From the IMG/VR virus record IMGVR_UViG_3300032218_002291, positions 1-32,047 of that record: DNA of 32,047 nt; one strand, given 5' to 3'. The notes below the pieces were generated by a model. The model had not been told where the DNA came from. It saw only the letters and a list, made by a program, of their open reading frames with translations, and did not search any database. The number at the start of each line of letters is the position of its first letter. Position 1 is the stretch's first letter. This DNA comes from a virus. Taxonomy: Duplodnaviria; Caudoviricetes. Position numbers and translations under genes: made by a program. This document shows, piece by piece, positions 8,978 through 16,105 of the stretch.

Positions 8978-9021
8978 GCTGGACGGCTGGCTGGACGGCT
9001 GGCTGGCTGGCTGGCTGGCTG
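8978..9021 (+). repeat. (GGCT)n simple repeat
   Basis: GCTGGACGGCTGGCTGGACGGCTGGCTGGCTGGCTGGCTGGCTG. Confidence 0.9.
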
Positions 9022-9023
9022 AC

Positions 9024-9093
9024 TGCGCCAAGGGTCACACAAACTTGACTTGACTTTATACCTCAAGTGCCCTATATTTATAGATACCTACTG
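9024..9093 (+). promoter_or_regulatory. promoter with CRP-like box and TACCTACTG leader
   Basis: TGCGC-N6-TCACA, 10 nt, TTGACT-17-TATATT. Confidence 0.7.
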
Positions 9094-9105
9094 AAAGGGA
9101 AAATA

Positions 9106-9510
9106 ATGACCATTACACAATGGAATGAACAAGGCGAGTGGCAGGGTTGGTCGGAGATTACGACTACTTGCGAGTGTGGCGAGTGGAATGACGATGAAAC
9201 TGTGTTTACCCCAAGCCAAGATTGCTACGGCGATTGCTGGCAAGACAACTTGGAATGGTTCAAGGAAGCAACACGCTCACTCTTTGACAACAATGACAAG
9301 TCATTATGGGAAGTAGACGGATTGCCATTGTGGAATCGTGATGTCAATGGCACGCTTGAGGCTGATACACCTGAAGAATTGTTGCGTGGAATTACCGTCA
9401 ATGGTGATTACACATTTCGTTGGAAGGTAATCGCACTCACCTTGCGTTGCTGGTTGTCGCACCACGACAAGCCAACTGGCGCACACTATTCAGTTACTAT
9501 TGCTGAGTGA
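9106..9510 (+). CDS. hypothetical Trp/Cys-rich protein
   Basis: AAAGGGA RBS; SHHD.PTG C-terminal motif; start moved to ATG 9106. Confidence 0.82.
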   Translation: MTITQWNEQGEWQGWSEITTTCECGEWNDDETVFTPSQDCYGDCWQDNLEWFKEATRSLFDNNDKSLWEVDGLPLWNRDVNGTLEADTPEELLRGITVNGDYTFRWKVIALTLRCWLSHHDKPTGAHYSVTIAE

Positions 9511-9557
9511 TTGCGCTTGTCGTCATTGGCTTATTGCTGATGACGCTAATTGACTGA
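9507..9557 (+). CDS. putative 16-aa hydrophobic peptide MIALVVIGLLLMTLID
   Basis: GTGA overlap with the upstream stop; followed by a terminator. Confidence 0.4.
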   Translation: MIALVVIGLLLMTLID

Positions 9558-9575
9558 ACACACACACGCGAACTA

Positions 9576-9614
9576 AGGCGTTGTGTCTCTCTAGCGAGGG
9601 GCGCAACGCCTTTT
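9576..9614 (+). terminator. intrinsic terminator
   Basis: AGGCGTTGTGTCTCTC-TAGC-GAGGGGCGCAACGCCT-TTT. Confidence 0.7.
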
Positions 9615-9693
9615 GCGTATCTACGATACGGTATATTGCCGAACTGGCTTGCTACCTGAAGTGCTTGGTTGTCGGAAGGTCGTACCATCTCGC

Positions 9694-9723
9694 TCATATG
9701 CCACCGTCGGATAAGTAGTGCTT
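9694..9723 (+). repeat. module-boundary repeat R7
   Basis: TCATATGCCACCGTCGGATAAGTAGTGCTT; AGCCCCG downstream. Confidence 0.9.
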
Positions 9724-10035
9724 GATTGGTCGGGAGCCCCGTTGCAACCCATCATCCCATCCTTCTGGGGAAGGGCGAGGAAGACGAAGTTTTCGTGTTT
9801 TGAGGGACTTATTCGCTTAGTTTATTTTTTTAAGAATTAGGGAAGGCGTAAACAATGGGTTTTACGAAGGAAGAAGCAACAAAACGCCTGGAAAGAAGAA
9901 CTCAGATGGCGACTTGCGCGCCAGTCCCGTTTTTGATTTCCCCCCCGCGGGGCTACTGCTAACAACAGCATCTTCCCCGGGCCGGCCGCAGCGGCGGCGG
10001 TGGCGTCAGGTGTGACGAGCAACCTACGGAAAGAC

Positions 10036-10064
10036 TTGACAAGATGTCTATGAAGTGGTACATT
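10036..10064 (+). promoter_or_regulatory. sigma70-type promoter
   Basis: TTGACA-17-TACATT; TGTGA half-site at 10011. Confidence 0.7.
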
Positions 10065-10096
10065 TACCAGTAACGAACAAGCCTGAAGGGGGCAAG

Positions 10097-10462
10097 ATGA
10101 AGAAAGCATTACAAATAACGACACTCGGCTCAATGGTTGCCATTGACCTAGAGTTTGACTCGTTAGAGAAACTGCAAAGCGCAGTGGGTGGTTGGGTGCA
10201 AGCAATTGACCTATCCGACACGATGTCAATGTGGTGCAACGAAGAAGGCAAGATGATTAGCCTGCCACATAACCCGTTTGGGCAAGCATTGTGGGAGAAG
10301 TCCTACGGTCACACAGATTACATCGTTGGCGATGTCGTCATTACGGGCGGAGTTGATGAAGAAGGCGAAACAATCTCGCTAACCGATGACCAAATCACAG
10401 AAGTCACGAATCTAGTAGCCGAAGTGAACGAGTTCATCTCGCCTCGTATCGTGGTGATGTAA
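10097..10462 (+). CDS. DUF3846-family protein
   Basis: LEKLQSAVGGWVQ...MWCNEEGK...LP.N...IVGDVVITG. Confidence 0.85.
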   Translation: MKKALQITTLGSMVAIDLEFDSLEKLQSAVGGWVQAIDLSDTMSMWCNEEGKMISLPHNPFGQALWEKSYGHTDYIVGDVVITGGVDEEGETISLTDDQITEVTNLVAEVNEFISPRIVVM

Positions 10463-10488
10463 CGAAGCAGTCAAACTAATTCAATCCC

Positions 10489-10532
10489 AAAGGGGGTTGG
10501 TGCGCCTTGTCGGTGTACCAGCCCCCTTTTTT
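10489..10532 (+). terminator. intrinsic terminator
   Basis: AAGGGGGTTGGTGCGCC...GGTGTACCAGCCCCCTTTTTT. Confidence 0.75.
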
Positions 10533-10540
10533 ATTGTCCG

Positions 10541-10570
10541 TCTTCCGTCACCGTCAAACAAATAGTGCTT
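10541..10570 (+). repeat. module-boundary repeat R8
   Basis: TCTTCCGTCACCGTCAAACAAATAGTGCTT; AGCCCCG downstream. Confidence 0.85.
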
Positions 10571-10609
10571 AGTGTGCGCCAGCCCGATAGCCCCGTTATA
10601 ATAATTTAT

Positions 10610-10813
10610 ATGTCTAACTACGCGATGTTCCGATGCACCTTCTGCGACCACCCCATTGACCCAAACGACGGTGGAACAATGCACCTCGTGACAGGTTGGG
10701 TGACGGTCGGCGCAAATAGTGGTCTGAAAGTCGTAGAAAAGAATTGGAAGTACGCACACAAGATATGCGTAGAGATAAAGCCCGTCAAAGAGCAGGTAGA
10801 GACGCTGTTCTAA
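10610..10813 (+). CDS. small Zn-binding (CxxC...HxxC) protein, leaderless
   Basis: TATAAT-N7-ATG; CTFC and HKIC. Confidence 0.7.
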   Translation: MSNYAMFRCTFCDHPIDPNDGGTMHLVTGWVTVGANSGLKVVEKNWKYAHKICVEIKPVKEQVETLF

Positions 10814-10862
10814 GAACAAGCAAGAAATACAAAGAGAACAATACTCATAGTGGTTACGGTAA

Positions 10863-11057
10863 TCACTCAGAGACCCCACACGGGTTGTCTTTATGCCAAG
10901 TACCTTGACCACGAATCCAAATCAACGGTGTCCCAGCAAGAATCGTCTCACCACAACGCTTGCAAACGCAATCGTTCGTAAAGGTCTTTAGTCCACTAAG
11001 ACTCTTGTTGCCACGACTGATATTCTCAGCCTTCTGCGTTTCAGGATAGAGCGTCAT
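10863..11057 (-). CDS. small Zn-binding protein
   Basis: CKRCGETI..G..LIW......WH...C; in operon. Confidence 0.65.
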   Translation of the reverse strand: MTLYPETQKAENISRGNKSLSGLKTFTNDCVCKRCGETILAGTPLIWIRGQGTWHKDNPCGVSE

Positions 11058-11436
11058 CGGAAGTCATCTCTACCCAGTTGCCAAGTTCGTCAGGCACAAC
11101 TGTCTTATCGGCTAGGCGTTTCCAAGCCCACTTACAGCAAGGTTTAGCAGTTTCGCAAGGGTGTTGCCCTTTAGGAAGTGACTCACCAAGCAAGGGAAGA
11201 ACAGTGAGAATCTTCACAATGCAATCGTGGCAAAGAATCCAATGCTCGCTCTCAGCGTCACCAAGACCAAGCAAGGCGTCAATGTTGTCGGTGAACCCAC
11301 CGTAGTAGCCAAAAATCCCGTGTGGCAATACCCATCCGTTATCGGGAAGCACATCTTGTTGCGAACACACAGACGGTTTCTCACACCCGTGGCAAAAGAC
11401 AACCGTCTTACCTTCTATGACAACGGAAGCACTCAA
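11041..11436 (-). CDS. Cys-rich hypothetical protein
   Basis: CHGC, GYYGGFTD, LCHDC. Confidence 0.75.
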   Translation of the reverse strand: MSASVVIEGKTVVFCHGCEKPSVCSQQDVLPDNGWVLPHGIFGYYGGFTDNIDALLGLGDAESEHWILCHDCIVKILTVLPLLGESLPKGQHPCETAKPCCKWAWKRLADKTVVPDELGNWVEMTSDDALS

Positions 11437-11684
11437 CGGTCATCCCGTGAGCCAGCAGAGATATGCCAGCAACCATCGTCAATGAGAGAGTGTGCCAAGT
11501 ACCCAACCAAGTCAATGAAGCGTTTCAGCGAAATACCCCACTCAGCCAAGTCATCAGCAAAGTAGCCACCAGCGATATCGCCCCAAATAGCCTCAATCGC
11601 CTGAGCGCCCGTAGTGCCTAGCGTGTAGTAGTTCTCACGCAAAATCTCATAAATGTCGTTGTCGGTTATTGCGGTAGTAGTCAT
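11433..11684 (-). CDS. hypothetical protein (83 aa)
   Basis: GAGGA RBS; TAATG coupling. Confidence 0.75.
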   Translation of the reverse strand: MTTTAITDNDIYEILRENYYTLGTTGAQAIEAIWGDIAGGYFADDLAEWGISLKRFIDLVGYLAHSLIDDGCWHISAGSRDDR

Positions 11685-11884
11685 TATTCCTCGTGTGGTA
11701 ATTGTTTTACATAAAAAGACTTAGCAACAAGAAGCAAAGTAGTCCACAAAGCAAAACCAAAATAGCCTTCCCAAGCAGGCACATCAGTTGGTGCGTAGAA
11801 AAAAGTACACTCAATAAGTGTCAACGGTGCTACAGCAATAAGTGAACACAAGAATAAAATCGTAAGTTTGTGTTTCATCAGCAC
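11684..11884 (-). CDS. small two-TM membrane protein
   Basis: two hydrophobic segments; coupled to both neighbours. Confidence 0.7.
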   Translation of the reverse strand: MLMKHKLTILFLCSLIAVAPLTLIECTFFYAPTDVPAWEGYFGFALWTTLLLVAKSFYVKQLPHEE

Positions 11885-12210
11885 TCCTCAAATACATCGC
11901 CACCATCGGTCATACGAAGGTTGCAGTCATTGTTGGTAGGTAAGAGTATCCGTTGACCCACTTGTATGTCAACTCCATAGGTGTCAACCAAATCGTTCAC
12001 AGCCTCAGAGATGTTACCAATACAATGAGCGTTAGCGAGTGCGTAGAGAGTTTGGTGTGAGCCGTCAGTCTGAGCCTGAACGATAATCGGCTTGCTGTCG
12101 CAGGTGTAACTAGTCAGATACTTAGTCTGAGTTGTGTAAGTGAAAAAGCAGAACACAGCAAGCACGGAAGCCATAAACAAAGTAATGACATTATCTTTGA
12201 GGAATTTCAT
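11878..12210 (-). CDS. membrane-anchored LysM-like protein
   Basis: N-terminal TM; QTLYALAN.HC...IQVGQRILLP; leaderless TACGCT-N7-ATG. Confidence 0.65.
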   Translation of the reverse strand: MKFLKDNVITLFMASVLAVFCFFTYTTQTKYLTSYTCDSKPIIVQAQTDGSHQTLYALANAHCIGNISEAVNDLVDTYGVDIQVGQRILLPTNNDCNLRMTDGGDVFEEC

Positions 12211-12286
12211 ACCTTGTAGCGTACACATCGCAAGGATAAATAGCAACTCATTGTGTCGGGTCGGGCGTCACATCCACACAGACCAG

Positions 12287-12316
12287 TCATACACCACCGT
12301 CAACAAAGTAGTGCTT
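12287..12316 (+). repeat. module-boundary repeat R9
   Basis: TCATACACCACCGTCAACAAAGTAGTGCTT; AGCCCCG downstream. Confidence 0.9.
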
Positions 12317-12455
12317 GCCTCTCGCCCAGTAGCCCCGATATATAAACAAAACCCCATCAGGGACTCGTGCCATCTGAGTTTCTTGCTTCCTAAAAGTAAT
12401 AACTAACAAAGAAAGAAAAATAAAACCCTTCACCCAGAAGAAATCACTTCGTCTG

Positions 12456-12515
12456 CGTCGCTCGGCTTCATCACACTACGTGTGAAGAGCGCCTTCGCTC
12501 CGCAGCCCCGTATAG
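12456..12515 (+). repeat. second repeat family, copy A
   Basis: CGTCGCTCGG-hairpin-CCTTCGCTCCGCAGCCCCGTATAG. Confidence 0.7.
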
Positions 12516-12614
12516 CTTCGACATCAGCTCGAGCTGGCGCCGGCCGCAGCGGCTGGTCGAGCAAGCATCACGAGGGTCCTTGACTTTTCTGTACAACTGA
12601 TTTAAAGTGACGGT

Positions 12615-12782
12615 ATGAAAGTAATTACTAGCAAATACGAACGAACATGTGTTCGGTGCAAGACGACAACAGATGTTGGGGAGCGTGTTGAGTTGATTTC
12701 TTTTGGTGTTGCGCACCTTGACAAAGAATGCTTAAACAAACTAAACTCCTCAAAACAACACCACCCAGCCTTTAAGAACTGA
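12615..12782 (+). CDS. 55-aa Zn-binding protein, leaderless (not in ORF track)
   Basis: TTGACT-17-TAAAGT-N6-ATG; MKVITSKYERTCVRC...H....C. Confidence 0.7.
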   Translation: MKVITSKYERTCVRCKTTTDVGERVELISFGVAHLDKECLNKLNSSKQHHPAFKN

Positions 12783-12787
12783 GTTTT

Positions 12788-12844
12788 ATGATTACAGTTG
12801 TAGTTATATCATTAGTGTTATTCGTTTTTATGTCTGCAGGGTGA
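12788..12844 (+). CDS. putative 18-aa hydrophobic peptide MITVVVISLVLFVFMSAG
   Basis: starts 5 nt after the upstream stop; TTGACA-18-TAAACT at 12718-12747. Confidence 0.35.
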   Translation: MITVVVISLVLFVFMSAG

Positions 12845-12950
12845 ACAAAGACACACACTCGCAACTTGGAATTCTTCAAAACAGTCACTATGTTTGCAAG
12901 TGACTAGTAGGTCATTGCTGGGCATTAACTATGAGTTGATGCTGGCGATT

Positions 12951-12986
12951 AAAGAGCCCGTCCCCTCCTTGGGGGCGGGCTTTTTT
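12951..12986 (+). terminator. intrinsic terminator
   Basis: AGCCCGTCCCC-TCCTT-GGGGGCGGGCT-TTTTT. Confidence 0.8.
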
Positions 12987-13010
12987 GCTCCCATCATTGT
13001 TGGTCCCCTG

Positions 13011-13039
13011 TCATCCGCCACCGTCAGCAAATAGTGCTT
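13011..13039 (+). repeat. module-boundary repeat R10
   Basis: TCATCCGCCACCGTCAGCAAATAGTGCTT, followed by a perfect 15-bp stem at 13040-13079. Confidence 0.92.
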
Positions 13040-13496
13040 ACATCAACCCCTGAAGCCCCGCCTATTCAGGGGTTGATGTCCCTCGTCTTCAGGTGAACTC
13101 GTGCGAACTGCGACGGACTTGAGTGAACTGCGACGAACTTTTCGGTTTTCTTCCTGGGTTTGCGCTTGCTAAAGGTTTGGTGTTTACGCTCAAACGACTG
13201 AATTGCCATCGGCAATTCGGGAGTGAGCGGGGCTATCAAGGTTGATGTCATACCTGCACCTCACCTGCACCCGGGTTCATCCGCGCTCGTTCGCCGGCAT
13301 CCGGAACTTTTGGTCAGGTTAGGCGACCGAAGCAAACTTTCCAAAGCATTTGGAAGGTTTGCGAGGGAGCGGGGCTATGGAGTTGTTGTTATGTCAGAAG
13401 ATGGCTCACGACTAATAGAGCCATCATCTAGGACTAGCACACTAAAATTAGTTGATGTCGCAGGTGACTTGGGACAGTCTCAAAAAATATATGAAA

Positions 13497-13552
13497 CGAG
13501 ACGAAAGACACAGTGACAATGCTTGACATACCCGATATGGTTCATCTAATAT
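13497..13552 (+). promoter_or_regulatory. promoter with degenerate CRP-like box
   Basis: CGAGA-N6-ACACA, 10 nt, TTGACA-18-TAATAT, then 6 nt to ATG. Confidence 0.6.
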
Positions 13553-13558
13553 ATTGGT

Positions 13559-13684
13559 ATGACAAACCTACTGATGTACGCAACAGCAGTATTGTTCGCC
13601 TTCGTGGTAACAAAACCAGTAGAACGAACACTACAGAAATACAATGATTGGAAAGAGTATTGCCGTAAAGTGTGGTCAAAATGA
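13559..13684 (+). CDS. 41-aa membrane-anchored protein, leaderless (not in ORF track)
   Basis: MTNLLMYATAVLFAFVVTKPVERTLQKYNDWKEYCRKVWSK. Confidence 0.65.
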   Translation: MTNLLMYATAVLFAFVVTKPVERTLQKYNDWKEYCRKVWSK

Positions 13685-13731
13685 TTTACTTTGTAGCAGT
13701 AATCTTGGCAATCGCAGTAACCGTAATCTAA
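13681..13731 (+). CDS. putative 16-aa hydrophobic peptide MIYFVAVILAIAVTVI
   Basis: ATGA overlap, double TAA stop, then a terminator. Confidence 0.45.
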   Translation: MIYFVAVILAIAVTVI

Positions 13732-13745
13732 TAAAGTCCCCCCGA

Positions 13746-13780
13746 AAGAACCCCAGCCTCACAGTTGGGGTTCTTTTTTT
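13746..13780 (+). terminator. intrinsic terminator
   Basis: AAGAACCCCAGC-CTCACA-GTTGGGGTTCTT-TTTTT. Confidence 0.8.
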
Positions 13781-13850
13781 ATACCCAAACTCAAATACCT
13801 GACCATCTACTTGCTATCTACTCGCTCACCTTCGGCTCGCTCGCTAAACC

Positions 13851-13912
13851 CGTCGCTCGGTAACTTCCCGCATAATGCGGAAAGATTACCTTCGCTCCGA
13901 AGCCCCGTATAG
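13851..13912 (+). repeat. second repeat family, copy B
   Basis: CGTCGCTCGG-hairpin-CCTTCGCTCCGAAGCCCCGTATAG (last 24 nt 23/24 identical to copy A). Confidence 0.7.
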
Positions 13913-13939
13913 TTCTTTATTGGTTGGTAAGATACCTGT

Positions 13940-15901
13940 ATGGCTCAGGACCGAATGTATCTACCCATAACTCAGAAGACGATGGTTCTATCTGACGACC
14001 ATCTTGTGCTGACGTTCCCGTATGACCCCAAAGAAGTAGAGAATGTAAAGCTGATACCAGGCGCAAAGTGGGACAAGGTAGCAAAAGTTTGGAGAGTTCC
14101 GATGTCTAGTCTGAACTTTGCCCGTGAGTTTGGGTATAAGCACGACTTTACTATTGATTCCGAGGTGCTGCGCTTTGACCTTCCTGTTTCTGTCAATGTA
14201 GTCCGGGGCTGTTACATGGATGGCGATTGGTTGTATATGAGTTTTCAGTATGACCCCGTGAAGGTTCGTGCCGTGAAGCTTCTTCCTGGAATCACATGGC
14301 ACGCAGAGTCAAAGGCATGGCGTGCTCCGGTAACAGCAATACGCGAAGTTGTTAAATGGGCTGAAACATTTGGAGAACCAATCCACGGTGACTTAATCGC
14401 ACAAGCAGAAGAACTAGATGTGGCAAGAACTGAAGCAATTGCATCATCCAAGGCAAAAGATGCGGAGTTAGAGATACCGACACTACATGGAGAGCTGTTA
14501 TCGTACCAAAAAGCTGGAATTGTCTACGCGTCAAAGGCGCGACGGTGTTTTATCGCAGACGACATGGGACTTGGCAAGACGATGCAAGCCATCGGCACGC
14601 TAGAGAACACGAATAGCTATCCCGCCGTGATTGTTTGCCCTCCAGGACTGGTATTGAACTGGCGTGATGAGTTTAACAAGTGGCTTCCTCACCGAAACGT
14701 CGTTTATGTAACCAATCGCTCAGAGTTTCCCGAACCGCTTAGTTATGACGTACTCATTATTGGGTACTCCAACATTGACCATTGGTGCAACCTTCTACTA
14801 AAACACAACGCATACGTGTATGACGAAAGCCATTACGCAAAAACTCCAACCGCAAAGCGAACCAAGTCGGCAATCAAGATGGCTAGGTCGGCGCCGGCTG
14901 ATGGGCTTGTACTTTGTCTGACCGGAACACCTATAACCAACAGACCAGCAGAGTATGCAGCACAATTGGACATACTTGGACAGCTAAACAAGTTCGGTGG
15001 ACTATGGGGCTTCTATCGCAGGTACTGCGGAGCATTTCGTGACCGTTTTGGGCAATGGCACGTTGACGGCGCGACAAACTTAGAAGAACTGAATAATACT
15101 TTGCGCGCAACTTGCTATATCCGCCGCACGAAAGAGCAGGTTCTGTCAGAGCTTCCACCGGTACGCCATTCCCGCGTAATCGTTACCGGCTCACAAGCAG
15201 CGATGAAAGAATACACGGAAGCCCGTGATGATATTGTTCAGTATCTCGTAGACCGTGCGCGCGCAATTGCATTAGAGATAGGTGCATCACCGTATTCAGC
15301 AGCCGTACGCACGCGCATACGCGCGGAGTCTCACGAACACTTGATGCGAATGTCCGTGCTTCGCCGGCTTGCAGCCAAAGCAAAGATGGACGCAGCATAC
15401 GAATGGATTGACGAAAAGATAGCCGCAGGAGAAAAGGTCGTTGTAGCAGCACACCATCGAGACATAGTTGATGCAATTTCCAATCATTACTGTGGCTTGA
15501 AGATTCAGGGTGGAATGTCTGTGGAGGATGTACAGAAAGCTAAGTTTGAATTCCAGGCAGGCAGCATCGATGAAGCCCCAGTCATTGTTCTTTCTATCCA
15601 AGCCGCAAAGACGGGCCACACGCTTACATCGGCACAGGAAGTGTTGTTTATTGAGCTTCCATGGACACCCGCAGATGTTGACCAGACTTACAGTCGCTGC
15701 CACAGAATTGGACAGAAGGGTTCAGTGATGGCAACGTATTTGTTGACCGCAGGCACGATTGATGAAGAGATATTTTCTTTGATTCAGGCGAAGCGTGGCG
15801 TTGTTAATGCCGCAACCGAAGGAACTGACATCGAAAGTATTGCCGGCGCGGAAGATATTGTTATGAACTTCTTGCAAAAAGGTCTTGACTTTAATAAATA
15901 G
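13940..15901 (+). CDS. SNF2-family (SMARCAL1/HARP-like) helicase
   Basis: ADDMGLGKT, DESH, LTGTP, Q..SRCHRIGQ; two N-terminal HARP-like repeats (F.YDP..V..VKL.PG..W....K.WR.P). Confidence 0.92.
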   Translation: MAQDRMYLPITQKTMVLSDDHLVLTFPYDPKEVENVKLIPGAKWDKVAKVWRVPMSSLNFAREFGYKHDFTIDSEVLRFDLPVSVNVVRGCYMDGDWLYMSFQYDPVKVRAVKLLPGITWHAESKAWRAPVTAIREVVKWAETFGEPIHGDLIAQAEELDVARTEAIASSKAKDAELEIPTLHGELLSYQKAGIVYASKARRCFIADDMGLGKTMQAIGTLENTNSYPAVIVCPPGLVLNWRDEFNKWLPHRNVVYVTNRSEFPEPLSYDVLIIGYSNIDHWCNLLLKHNAYVYDESHYAKTPTAKRTKSAIKMARSAPADGLVLCLTGTPITNRPAEYAAQLDILGQLNKFGGLWGFYRRYCGAFRDRFGQWHVDGATNLEELNNTLRATCYIRRTKEQVLSELPPVRHSRVIVTGSQAAMKEYTEARDDIVQYLVDRARAIALEIGASPYSAAVRTRIRAESHEHLMRMSVLRRLAAKAKMDAAYEWIDEKIAAGEKVVVAAHHRDIVDAISNHYCGLKIQGGMSVEDVQKAKFEFQAGSIDEAPVIVLSIQAAKTGHTLTSAQEVLFIELPWTPADVDQTYSRCHRIGQKGSVMATYLLTAGTIDEEIFSLIQAKRGVVNAATEGTDIESIAGAEDIVMNFLQKGLDFNK

Positions 15902-15919
15902 AAGCGGTACTATTTACCC

Positions 15920-16105
15920 ATGGACAAAATAGAGTTTGAATTCCCAGCAAATGAAGACGCTTGGGAACTTGAAGGGGAATTGCTATTACTTTTCGACGAC
16001 GGCATGATTGAAACATGCGGAGAAAACGAGAACGGTGAACCATTAATCCGCATAACGGAGAAAGGTGCGGCCTACATCAATACGCTCAGGGCCATTGATG
16101 ACTGA
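15920..16105 (+). CDS. small hypothetical protein, leaderless
   Basis: TTGACT-17-TACTAT-N6-ATG. Confidence 0.7.
   Translation: MDKIEFEFPANEDAWELEGELLLLFDDGMIETCGENENGEPLIRITEKGAAYINTLRAIDD

Noticed and set aside
8568-9038. 156-aa minus-strand ORF
   Set aside because: Crosses the microsatellite, R6 and a terminator; low-complexity translation.
12642-12655. CGAACATGTGTTCG, matching a Gram-positive LexA box
   Set aside because: Single copy inside the 12615-12782 coding sequence (ERTCVR); probably coincidental, although it is close to two promoters.
351-13039. CRISPR array interpretation of the ~30-bp repeats
   Set aside because: Intervals are 0.7-3.9 kb and contain genes, the repeats are degenerate, and no cas genes are present.
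13223-13516. 97-aa ORF
   Set aside because: No clear promoter, weak RBS and no recognisable motif; left uncalled.
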